NCBI GenBank assembly: GCA_051362555.1
Contig: CM120649.1
Span: 10,726,001 to 10,790,000, forward strand
Length of the DNA: 64,000 nucleotides
Reading direction: 5' to 3'
DNA from: Lingula anatina
Lineage: Eukaryota > Animalia > Brachiopoda
Part shown: one piece after another, positions 52,544 to 63,672 of the stretch
How positions within the stretch are numbered: position 1 is the stretch's first letter
Layout: each line of letters opens with the position of its first letter
Made by a program: the position numbers and the translations under genes
The notes under the pieces: generated by a model
What the model saw: the letters and a program-made list of their open reading frames with translations, nothing else
What the model was told of the DNA's origin: nothing
Database searches by the model: none

Positions 52544-53975
52544 TTTTTGACTTGCAAGTTAAGCTCCTTAGGAGCAGTTTTGGATGTTTATCTTTTATTG
52601 TTTGGCTTCATTTAATTTTCAAAGGAACACACCAATTTCTTAAATACTTTTAAAGTTTTTTGTCATAATACTGTTTGACATAAAATAAAGGTGGTCTTGA
52701 TCAGATTTCAAACCCTGTTTCTTGTGTTTGTATCAGGTGTTGTGTGGATGGACGATGCAGATTAAGTACATTTTAGAGAGAAGTTGCTCATTTGTTGTTT
52801 GCATGTCAAACGTGTTTTTATTTAACATATTCTTTCGGTCAAAGAATGTTAAATGTCAAATTAGTTATTAAATAAATAAGCATGCTTTTCAGCCTTATAA
52901 TAAAACTCAACAAATGGATTTTTCATAAACTGCACTACTTTGACTTACTTTCTGCTGAGTATTTTTCAATTTGGAAATCAGCCTGTTACATCTTGAACAC
53001 TGAGACTACTAGATATTGCATTTGTTGCACAGCTAAGGGGTTGCTTTTTGTTTGTTGGCAGTGAACAAACCTGCAAGTTTTAGTATGGTTGAGGAATAGA
53101 CATACTACAGATTTTTTCACCATGGTTTGACTTTTTATATTTAAAGTGGGGTGCCCCAAAACGCTTGCTATCGGATCAGGGATGAGAGTTTGTTGCAGCC
53201 ATCAATATGGAGATATGCAAGGCCTTAAACATAAGTCATTCAGTGACCAGTGCTTACCACCCACAAGCGAATGGATTGGATGAGAGGACCAACCAAACTC
53301 TCAAAGCACGACTCAGCAAACTGGTAAATGACCACCAGGATAACTGGGACCAGTTTTTAGGAGATGTGGCATATACCATAAGAACACAGAAGCAAGCCAT
53401 GACTAAATTCACTCCTTTTTTTTAATGTTTGGGTGAAGTCCAAGGTCCCCGAAAGAGGTTAGTTACATATTAAGTTGTAATGCTACCCAGATCAAGTGTT
53501 TATTATTATTATTATTATTATTGGTAAGATTGGTAAGTGAGGAAAACCCCAGTCTAAGTATCATGACATGAAACACTTGAAATGAGTTTTAAATTAGTAT
53601 ATTCTAAATCAGTTGCATGAAAAAACATTTCCATTAAGAACCAAAAGCCAATTTGAGTGCCATTTATTACTTTTTATTATTGGAGTATTCTTTGTCAGTA
53701 ATAATTGTATTTCTGAATTACTTCCAAAAAATAACTTTATTTAGTTTAACATGGTTAGTTTAAGTTACTCCAACAATTAGAGACCCAAGATTTGCTATTT
53801 TATCACCTCTAAAGCATTTAACATGCCAAATGAGGTATGAGATGTATTTTTAACATGCATATTTGATTTACTAGATGGATGCAACAGACAGAGTTGATGA
53901 GCAGGTTGTCGGTGAAGAACATACGAAGAAATGGTCCAACAAAAGGCAGCTTTAATGGAGGTCACCAAGAAAGCA
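48069..53975 (+). pseudogene. Intron-containing Gypsy-like integrase (Ginger/GIN-type transposase) remnant
   Basis: IQACDKCQK..KPITVKEVKEFIGMDLIG|gt (ends 48760). Exon 53147-53457 reads WGAPKRLLSDQG*EF..SAYHPQANGLDERTNQTLK..WDQFL..TPFF with exact D-x35-E spacing. Further exon 53875-53975. Contains stops and frameshifts; no RT or LTR. Confidence 0.8.
49161..51763 (+). pseudogene. RecQ-like SF2 helicase pseudogene (AcademH transposon-type)
   Basis: Exons 49161-49666, 50033-50209 and 50671 onward. Motifs LPTGYGKS (I), VVSPLISLMKDQV (Ia), DEAH (II), ALTATA (III), TNALGMGIN (V), QEIGRAGRDG (VI) and RQC-like CR..CCDIC. At least two frameshifts (about 50790 and 51063). 3' end is approximate. Confidence 0.85.
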
Positions 53976-54167
53976 GTAAGTATAACAGCCTGTAAAGTAT
54001 GTGCCTCCTTGATCTGAAACATTACGCAACATTTTCGGTAATCCAGAAAACCACACTAGTATTTCATTCAAATGTGCGTTGACCAAATCATTAAGAGAGA
54101 CCATTTCCTTTTTGGCAAAATTAAAATTTTAATGATTTCCATTTATTCAGCCCTTTAGACAAGTACG

Positions 54168-55427
54168 TGCTTTAGGCACTAATTAGAAAATCATTTGGCT
54201 GATAAATGAATGTTGACCACCAATCAACCATAACGCTAATGAGAGGATGGCACAGAAATACCCCTTTAAGTGACCTAACCCGGTGTTCCCCTCCCAATGT
54301 CTGTGACTCGGATGAGTCCGGCCTGGGGTTCCAACCTCGGTCCATTTGTCCCATTAATAGCCTTTGCATGACAATGATAAGTTCTCTTAACTACTAAGTA
54401 CTAGTATATATAAAGCAGGGATTTTCCCTTAGCTAGTAGTCTTCTCTTCATTCATACATTCTTCTATTCATGCTATCTCATAGTATTGAAGCTCTCTGAA
54501 TAAGCAGCACTATTGTAGTATCGTTAGGTGCTGGATTTCATCACCAAGACAAGACTGATGTAGTAATAAAAGTGTAACTACTCAAGTGATCATCTTGTTA
54601 CTATTAAAAGACCGGGCCAAATCAACACCGTGCTGCAGGACTTGTTAATCTTGCGTTCTGTTGCGTATTGTAAGGTGTATATGATATGCTATTTAAATTA
54701 GATTCAAGTGGAAGGCACACTTGGGCCACAGATGTTAAAACGCTGTTATACAGATATGGATTTGGATATGTCTGGGAGGCTAAGGGTGTGGGAAATTCTG
54801 TTTTATTTATTTAAGTTTTCAGAGAGAGATTAGTAGATAATGCTGGCCAAATATGGCACAGTGACATATGTAGGAGCAGCAAACTGGATACTCATTCATT
54901 ATTTAAGACTACGTTAACACTGGAGTGCTACTTATTAGGCGTCAAAAATGTTAAACACAGAACCTCACTAGCAAGATTCAGATGCGCAAATCACCTGTTA
55001 AATATTGAGAGTGGTAGATGGAGAGGCATAGAAAGATGCAATAGACTCTGTTTAATCTGTAAAAAACACAATATTTATGATGTTGAAGACGAATACCATT
55101 TTTAATGACATGTGTAGCATATACAGAATTAAGAGAAAAATATTTGCAAGTGAATAACCCTACTAAAGAAAGTTTTTTAAGATTAATGACCACAAAAAAC
55201 ACAAATTTAATCTCTAGTCTAGCTGCTTATATATAATTTGCTTTTAAATTAAGAAAAGAAATTTTGGTTCACTGACAAAACTGAATAATCCTTAATACTT
55301 GTCAAGGACTTCACTATTATTATTATTGTTTTTATTATTATTATTACTATTATGTACTATGGGCCGGAGGCCTTGAAAAACTGAATAAAAATTATATATT
55401 ATAAGGCTTGTAAGGTTAAACTTTACA
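54168..55427 (+). repeat. 5' LTR (54168-54676 plus 55417-55427), split by a LINE fragment
   Basis: Homologous to 63173-63672; TATA at 54405-54414; AATAAA at 54565-54570; ends ..tttaca. Confidence 0.9.
54677..55407 (+). mobile_element. 5'-truncated RTEX-like LINE inserted in the 5' LTR
   Basis: YDMLFKLDSSGRHTWATDVKTLLYRYGFGYVWE..LARFRCANH..RLCLIC..EDEYHFLMTC; 3' (TTA)n and AATAAA; TSD ttgtaaggt at 54668-54676 and 55408-55416. Clade assignment is inference. Confidence 0.85.
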
Positions 55428-55429
55428 AT

Positions 55430-55447
55430 TGGCAAGCTGAGCCAGGA
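55430..55447 (+). promoter_or_regulatory. Primer-binding site, tRNA-Arg-like
   Basis: tggcaagctgagccagga lies 2 nt after the LTR end and resembles TGGCGAGCCAGCCAGGA, the complement of the tRNA-Arg(ACG) 3' end. Confidence 0.65.
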
Positions 55448-55500
55448 CTTTTCCAAGAAGAAAATTCCCCAACGAGATGATTCACTTCGAGTAAAAGAAA

Positions 55501-56230
55501 ATGAGCCAGGAACAGTTCCAGTCCCTGATTGACCACGTGCGGGTATTGAATGATCAACAGAGGGATCAAGACAACAGGAATCAGCAGCGAGGGGCAGAAG
55601 AGGCTGAGAGAAATGATCTTAATGACTTAGCGTCCCTTTGCAACCCCTGTGATGGTTCGGTCTCCTCGGAGACCCGGGAGTGGTTGGATCAACTAGAACA
55701 GCTCATTGGACAAGGTGAGGCTAGAATTACCAATTGCGCAACACGACTGGCGCTTAAAACCAGTCGTGGTCCGTTAGCGGTCGAAATAGACTACTGTTTA
55801 CGGTTACAAAATGATTACTATGGGACGGACTGGCTGACGCTAAGAAACTACATTTGAAGATCGTTTTTGTCTCCTGATGAGGCGGCATGTTTGCGCACGG
55901 AAATTGAACAAATAAAACGAGTTCGTATGAAAACTGCGCATCGTACAGCCGTCGTTTCCGAGACTTGGCCCGGAAGGCTTACCCCATGCCCCCTTCAGAG
56001 GATGCTGAGAGACAGCTGGTGATAGCATACGCCAGAGGCTTAGCGGACAGGCATAAGACGAGGAAGCTCGTAGCCGACGCCAGACCATGAACCCTTAACG
56101 AGGCACTAGTTTTTGTGGACAACGCTGAAGTAATGATGGTGTCATGACAGAAATGATGGTGTCATTGATTATGGACGTAGAGTACTCCATTGGTGTGGAC
56201 GTCAGTGGCCCTTAACCCTACCGAGGCCGA
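55501..56230 (+). pseudogene. gag-like capsid ORF, disrupted
   Basis: MSQEQFQSLI..CDGSVSSETREWLDQLE..W.TLRNYI*RSFLSPDE..EIEQIK starts just after the PBS; helical retrotransposon gag-like pattern with a stop and frameshifts. End approximate. Confidence 0.7.
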
Positions 56231-56420
56231 CGACCCAGTAACTCTTTTGCTGCTGTAGCCCCGAATGCTCCCTTTATTGGTGTAGACTGCAGTAATGATG
56301 TATTGGATGATGGACCATAATATATTTTGGGATGACGTAAGATCTCAACTGAGAAGACCACCACTATCGCGTCCCATTTGTCACCCAAAGATCAAAAGGA
56401 ACTAGATCAAACGAGAACAG

Positions 56421-57894
56421 GATCTAGATCCTTCCAACTAACCTCACAAAGGAATGCATAGAAGAATTACTACCTTCCATTACAAAGCTTTTCAACACAT
56501 CTCTTCAAAGCGGCATAGTCCCTGGGTGTTTCAAGAAAGCTTTAATCAGACCACTCATAAAAAAGGCCACAGGCAATCCAGACCCTAATGACCTGCAGAA
56601 CTACCGTCCCATCTCAAACCTCTCATTTCTTTCAAAAGTAGTGGAGCGCCTAGTAGCGACACAGCTAACTGACTATCTGCATACTCATCCATTTTTTGCA
56701 AAGGTTCAATCGGCATATAGAACACATCACAGCACTGAAACAGCGCTGCTCAAGGTGCACAATGATATTCTTCTGGCACTTAATGATCAGAAACAAGTGG
56801 TCTTATTATTACTTGATTTGTCTGCAGCCTTTGACACAATAAACCACGAAATTTTGTTCAACAGACTAAAAAATCGTTTCGGTATAGATGGTATTGCATT
56901 GGCATGGTTCAAATCGTACCTGACTGAGCGTGAACAATCACTCTCAATAGGCACTCACAAATCACCGTCAACACCACTAACTTGTGGTGTACCACAAGGC
57001 TCTGTACTTGGCCCCATCCTGTTCACTCTCTACACGTCACCAATTGAGGACATTGTCTCTGAGTACGGTTTTAACCTTATGCTCTATGCAGATGACTCAC
57101 AAATTTATATTGTTTGCGACAGGCCATCAGATGTAATACCATCTATCCAGAAATGTATTATTCAGTTGAGCCAATGGCTTAATGCCAATTCACTTGTTTT
57201 CAATGATGGCAAAACAGAAGTAGTTCACTTTACTTCTCGTTTTTTCTAAGGATGCGGAAAAACTAGAACTATTAGAAATTGGAAACAGTACAGTCACGGT
57301 AAAAGATGAGGTTAAAAACCTTGGAGTAATTTTTGATAATAGGTGCGATATGGCTGCCGACATCAGTAAAAAATGCAAAGCCGCTTTCTATGGTCTTAAA
57401 AACATTTCCAAACTATCCCACATCCTTGATAAAAGTCAAATGGAGAGGCTTGTCCATGCCTTTATAACTTCACATCTTGACTACGGAAACAGTCTACTGT
57501 ATGGTCTTCCTACCTATCAAATGGAAAAATTGCAATCGGTCCAAAATGCTGCAGCACGACTACTGACCAAAATCCCTCTCAGATCAAACATTTCCCCCAT
57601 TTTATGCGAACTACATTGGCTTCCTGTATGACACAGAATTGTTTTTAAATTACTGTTGTTTGTTTTTAAATTCACCAGAGGTGAATGCCCCTCATATTTT
57701 AACTCGATGCTACATCCAAGTACACCCAGTCTCACCAGGTCTACCAGATCCACCTCCACTCCTTGTTTTATCAGAAATGATAATAAAAAAACAACCAAAA
57801 CCTACGGCCACAGGGCATTTTCAATTTCAGCACCAATTTTATGGAATCAATTACCCTCACACATTCGGACTATTGACAGTGTTGAGGTTTTTAA
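56421..57894 (+). pseudogene. L2 reverse transcriptase (ORF2) fragment
   Basis: ORF track 56641-57249, 57350-57631 and 57656 onward; frameshift at about 57245 and stop at 57629-57631. Confidence 0.9.
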
Positions 57895-60842
57895 CCCTGG
57901 TAGTGCTGACCCCAGAATAGCTACGCGCTGTGAGCTGGGCCCGGAATATTCCGGGTCTGTCTATACGTCAAAACCTTCTGATTTCAAAGTGTATTTATAA
58001 CCATCCAAGGAAATAAATCGTAGCAAATAAGCTCGTATGAGGTCATAGACAACCAATCAAAAATAAAGTAACATTACGTTCATCCATTTTCTGCGTTTTG
58101 ATTGGTGTAAATGTGTCTTTGTTCTGAAGAATCATAAGTCCATTTAAACATGGCGGAATTCCTACCTGAACATCAAGATTTCTTCAACAAATTGATAAAT
58201 GATGACAAGAGTGATGACGAATTTGAAGGTTTTCTACCTTCTGATATTGCTAATGATGGTAGCAACCGGGAAAGTGATATTCTGATGAATCAGAGCATGC
58301 TGAAACTGGTGATATTTGGCAAGATGGAGATCAACCTCGTGTGACAATGCCGTTTACTGGACGACCTGGTTTGCGGCTTGATTTACCAGAGGGCCAGTCA
58401 TCTCCTTTGGATTTTTTTCATCTTTTTGTGGATGACAATGACTATGAGATCATGGCAGAGGAGACAAATCGTTATGCTGACGATTTTTTACAGCAGAATG
58501 AAGCTACATGTACATTGAAGCCAACTTCGAGATTCCGAAACTGGGTCAAAACAACAATGGCCGAAATGAAAATTTTCATCGCGATGACTATCGCTAGGGG
58601 GATCGTCGTACAGCTGGATCTTTCTGAATATTGGACGACTTCTACGGTAAATTCTATGCCTTTTTTCCCTTCCTGCATGTCCAGAGATCGTTTTTGGCTG
58701 CTAATGAGCTTTTATCATCTAGCAAACAATGCCCTTCTCGTTCCACGTGGGAATCTAGGTCACGACCCATTATTTAAACTTGGCTCACTTTACAAGAACA
58801 TTATTGCTAGATTTGGTTCAGTGTACATGCCAAATAGACACTTATCGTTAGATGAGGGTATGGTCCCATGGAGGGGGCATCTTGCGTTCCGTGTTTACAA
58901 CCCTGACAAACCAAAGAAGTATGGAATAAAGGCATACATGATCTGTGACGGTGAGACTGGGTACTGCACCAAGTTTAAACTCTACACAGGTAAATCAAAC
59001 ACACCAGTCAGTCAACATAGAGCAACTTATGATTTAGTGATGGACATGATGAGGGGATATTTTGGACAGGGTTACATTCTATACATGGACAATTATTACA
59101 GCTCCCCAAAATTGTATAAAGATCTATTTTCACTGGGGTGTGGTGCTACAGGAACTTTGAGAGCAAACAGGAAAGGGGTACCTCAAAAAATTTTGAATAC
59201 TAAAGTCAGCAAAGGGGAACAATTCACAATGAACAATGGGACTCTTTTAATTACAGTACCAAATACCGGCCATGACAGAAAAGTTGTACATCTAATTTCC
59301 ACAATAGAGCAGGCTGAAATGACACCCACTGGAAGGAACATCCCAGGCACAAACACACCCATTGTAGTGCCATCCATTGTACGAGAATACAATAGATTTA
59401 TGGGGGGAGTGGACCGCTCTGACCAAATGGTTTCATATTCTACCTTCAATGCCAGGACTCTGAAATGGTGGAAAAGAGTAACATTTCATGTTATTTCTCT
59501 TGCTGTGTTGAATGCCTATCTCCTGTACAAGACCGTCACCACTGGCAACCCCATGCTCCACAGGGTATTCCGTAAACGCCTTGTTGCAGATTTAATTAAT
59601 TCAGTTCAAGGACATGTCGTCCCCTCTAAAAGTGTTGGCAGACCCAGTACTAGTGATGACTCTCTATTCAGACTTATGGGCCAACACTTTCCTATCAAAA
59701 TTACAGCTACTTCCTGTTGGGGAAAAAAGGAAGAGAACTGGAAAAGAATCCAGCTATAAGTGCGACAAATGTGATAAAGCACTTTGTGTCGATCCTTGTT
59801 TCAAACTTTTTCATACCCAGAAGGACTTTATAAAAGCTTACAATTCATTAACTGAGAAATGAACATTTTAAAAACTTACAGGTGTGCTCAGGTGTGCATT
59901 ATGATTACATAATCAGGTAAATAGGTCATGTTACCTGAAAAGTTTGCTACTTTTACTGGATTATGATTTCACTTCACATTATTACAGAGAAATGTTGTTA
60001 TATGAATCAATTTTGCTGAATTTGAGTCTTTATTTGTTGAATAACTTGAGTGAAAGATATTGAGGTATGTATGTCACCTGTATTTTACCTGCATTAATTT
60101 ATCTCATGGTTTTCACATTCATTATTTAACTTCCCATATTGATGGCTTTTGACTTATAGTTGGTGTCTAGTTCATAAAAAGTATGAAACAAAGACTAATT
60201 GTGGACTCAAATATTAATTTTAATACAATTTTGACACACCTGTATTTACCTGCATTTTTACCTGAGTCAACTGACAATTTGAAGCGTATATCTCTTATCA
60301 TTATATAGTAGTTTATCTGAGCAACAATTGTAGTACAGTTTGTATTTGATTTAAACATATTTTCATGGTTAATATTGAAGTATTACAGAGAAGGTAAGTG
60401 TTCAGAAATGGAGATTTCTGAAGCAAGGTATGGCGTTCTTACCTGTAATTTTACCTACATTTTTCAGTAAGAAGGAGTAATGTAACCTCACCCAAATTGT
60501 AACCTAGGTATGAGAGCTTGCATTTACAGCAGAACTGTTCTATTATAAGTGATTACAGAACACAATTTTAGATTTTAAACATCTAAATGTGTTTTATTTA
60601 CATACACCTGTATTTACCTGTCCATTACCTGTACGTAACAAAAGAAATGTGTGACATTGGAATATATATATTCATAGAGCTGATATACTTAGCTACGCGG
60701 TGATGTATAATAAGTGTATGTAAATGCCTTGGTTTGCAAATTAAAGGAAAGTAAAAAGGAAAATATGATTTTGTTTTGTTTCCTTCTAAAATATTCAGCT
60801 CACAGTGCATTAAAACCATATGGATATTCAGCACTAGAAGGG
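57895..60842 (+). mobile_element. Full-length piggyBac DNA transposon (2948 bp)
   Basis: TTAA TSD at 57891-57894 and 60843-60846; TIRs ccctggtagtgctga / tcagcactagaaggg (13/15); repeated tacctg motifs in the 3' subterminal region. Confidence 0.95.
58150..59862 (+). pseudogene. piggyBac transposase (PGBD4-like) with frameshifts near both ends
   Basis: Acidic N-terminus (58150-58344). A 472-aa core carries the DDD triad LSLDEGM, YMDNYYSS and MGGVDRSDQ. The C-terminal Cys-rich YKCDKCDKALCVDPCFKLFHT lies in another frame. Confidence 0.9.
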
Positions 60843-61389
60843 TTAAAAAAGATTTAAAAACATTCTTATTTGCACAGTATTTTAATTAATATTTTCTCAT
60901 TTTATCAGAAAAAAGTTTTATTGTTCAGACCATTACTATTTTAACCAGCTTTAATTATTTTAATTGTTTTTTACCGTAGCTTTTATTATATATATAATTA
61001 GTTGTAATCCTGATAATTTTACCTGTAAACAGCACTGAGACGCTAGTGTAGTGCGGTTTTAAGAAATATATATTATTATTATTATTATTAGATAATGCAG
61101 CACCCGGGCCAGGAAGCATCACTCCCGCAGCAGTCACGGGGGAAGACACTTCATCTGAGCTTGAGTGGGATCATTCGCTGAAGCTGAGCTGATAAGAGAA
61201 TATCGTCAGCCACGACATCACTACAATACTTGTTATAGAAAGAGAGTGAGTGAATGGGCGGAAAAGGAAGAAGTCACATTAGGGCCCAAGTTTCCCCATC
61301 TCGAAGACATAAAACAAAAGAGACGTTTGGCCATGTCAGAGATAGAAAGGACAAAAGGGAATCAGAAACGAAGACACGTAGACGAGGCT

Positions 61390-63163
61390 ATGAACATGGA
61401 CTTAGCCTTGCTCTACTTCTCCTTGTTGTAGAGTGGACTAACGCTAGTGACATAAGCCCACTGAACGACGGACTACTCATAACTGGAAGAGAACCCATGA
61501 GAATTCAGACCATTGAATTGACTCTGTTAGTTGTAATTGACTGACCCACATTCAAGCTACCGATCGAAGACACTTTAAAAGAAATGCAGACGAAAATAGG
61601 TACCACTTATCAAGATGGCTGGATTGAACCAAAGGCCTTGTCACAGTTGATAAACCGATTACAAAAAGCCAGGAGAGCGCTGATAAAGATGACTTCCATA
61701 GCAAATTACCACCTTGATCTGCCAAAGATTGAAAATCCAAGCACCGTTCGTAATGGCCGGCGAACTAAGCGAGGACTCTCAATTTCGGCGCTGATCTAGA
61801 AAAATCCATTTTTGGTCTTGCTAGAGACGAGGACGTGGAAGAACTCAAGAATATTGTTGTAAGTACAAGAAGAAATAATCAAGTTCTTGTACATAGAGTC
61901 AAAAAGCTCGTCTCCATATTAAATCACACCACAGATACCATCGACATAGGACGTCAACGTCTCAATGATATATCCAATTATTTGAATACAGTCGTCACTA
62001 ATCGCTTTAGAGACTTGAACTGATTCGCTAACCTGACCAGGATTGGACTGAATAGAATGTGGGCCACCTACCAGTTAGATCAAAGGTATACTCATTCGAA
62101 CAACTTGTGAGGGAATACAGGATACTTTTTGACAAGTTCAATAGTCAAAAAGCTAGTTTAGAACTGGGACGCCTGACAGAAGAGCTCCTGCCACTGTCTC
62201 AGCTGTTGGAAATGTTAGATCTTGCAGCAAACAATGTGACGGATGTGTTGATTGACCCGCTGCAGTGGTATTACGAACATATCACGGTCTCCCCGGTGTG
62301 GGGAGGGAGCACTTTGATCTATAAGGTCAAGTTGCCATTGATCAGCCGAGAGGAAGCGACCAGGTATGATATACGGTCCTTCAAGCAACCATACAACATC
62401 ACAGGGTTTGCTAGCTGAATTTTGCATGGTGAAAACAATATTGGCATTGTAGAGCGGACCGGAAATGTGTTTTACCCGTCTGGCTGCCTCGGTTGGAAAC
62501 CTCTGGTGTGTAGAACAGGCGCTGTCTACAACCGAGGTACCTCATGCGCAGAGGAGTGCATGTAAGGTGGAGCTGACCTCGGGGGAAGGCATTTTTACTG
62601 CCACGGAAGTTGTCTTGGGTGAATATGTATTGGTGACTTGGGGAAAGGAGGTGTCCAAACGTTGCCACCGTTCCAGACCAGTCTCCTATCCGCTCAAGGC
62701 AGGAACATATCTAGTGTCAGTCCAGGTGCAATGTGCGATAACAGGAAGTAACTTTACCCTTCCCGAAATAACAGAGAAAGCAGGTAGAGTCTCACTCAGA
62801 TCACAACTATTAACCGACATTCCATCCCTAAACGTGCACGGACTCATACCACCAGGAATTGTCGCTAAAAGATTGAGAAACCCAAACATTCAAAATCTTG
62901 AACCGGTTGCACATCTTCATCTCGCACCACTGAGTGAGCAGGAAGTAGACTTTTGGTCTGCCCCGACCAGCGGCTCTTCTGTTACGTACGCCGTGGGTAT
63001 TGTCATGGCATGCATGATAGTACTGATTGTTCTTTGTGTTTGCTTACGACGTCATCGCAAACGACTTTCTTTTCATGTTCGCCGACACAGCCGACCAGAT
63101 CCACCGGTGTACCATGAAAATCTGACTCCCCTAAAATGTGACTCCCCAGTCAGATTTTCATAA
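61390..63163 (+). pseudogene. Envelope glycoprotein, class I fusion protein of baculovirus-F/errantivirus type, disrupted
   Basis: Signal-like LSLALLLLVVEWTNA; furin site RRTKR (61758-61772) followed by GL/LNFGADLEKSIFGLARDEDV; heptad repeats; Cys-rich region; TM YAVGIVMACMIVLIVLCVCL followed by RRHRKR; several stops and frameshifts. Confidence 0.82.
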
Positions 63164-63172
63164 TTTATTTAG

Positions 63173-63672
63173 TGATTTAGGCAATGATTAGAAAATCATT
63201 TGGCTGATAAATGAATCTTGACCACCAATCAACCATAACGCTAATGAGAGGACAGCACAGAAATACCCCTTTAAGTGACCTAACCCGGTCTTCCCCTCCC
63301 AGTGTCCGGGGCTCGGATGAGTCTGGCCTGGGGTTCCAACCTCGGTCCATTTGTCACATTAACAGCCTTTGCATGACAATGGTAAGTTCTTTTAACTACT
63401 AAGTATATATAAAGCAGGGATTTTCCCTTAGCTAGTAGTCTTTTCCTCCTTTAATACTATCTCATAGTATTGAAGCTCTCTGAATAAGCAGCACTATTGT
63501 AGTACTGTTAGGTACTGGGCTTCATCACCAAGACAAGACTGATGTAGTAATAAAAGTGTAACTACTCAAGTGATCGACTTGTTACTATTAAAAGACTGCA
63601 CCAAATCAACACTGTGCGGCGGGACTTGTTAATCTTGCATTCTGTTGTGTATTGTAAGGTGTAAACCTTACG
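63173..63672 (+). repeat. 3' LTR
   Basis: Direct repeat of the 5' LTR; ends ..ccttacg (CA in the 5' copy). Confidence 0.9.

Larger units (their letters stand above)
56421..61090 (+). mobile_element. 5'-truncated L2 (CR1-group) LINE, interrupted by piggyBac
   Basis: RT motifs [51 protein letters not shown], and C-terminal LDYGNSLL..QNAAAR..LHWLPV. The ORF resumes after piggyBac (VEVF/KKDLKTFLFAQYFN*). 3' stem-loop plus (TTA)n tail to about 61090. Confidence 0.92.
54168..63672 (+). mobile_element. Env-bearing Gypsy-like LTR retroelement (gag + env, pol not detected), with nested insertions
   Basis: Two direct LTRs of about 500 bp, PBS, gag-like ORF and F-type env. Confidence 0.88.

Noticed and set aside
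53147-53457. Integrase as part of the adjacent LTR element, or a domesticated GIN1 gene
   Set aside because: It lies outside the 5' LTR, is bounded by splice sites and carries in-frame stops.
56641-57249. RT as the pol gene of the LTR element
   Set aside because: Motifs ([25 protein letters not shown]) and the (TTA)n tail are L2 non-LTR type, not Gypsy.
62640-62655. ggggaaaggagg-tgt as the polypurine tract
   Set aside because: Inside env, about 520 bp before LTR homology begins; no matching sequence at the 5' LTR.
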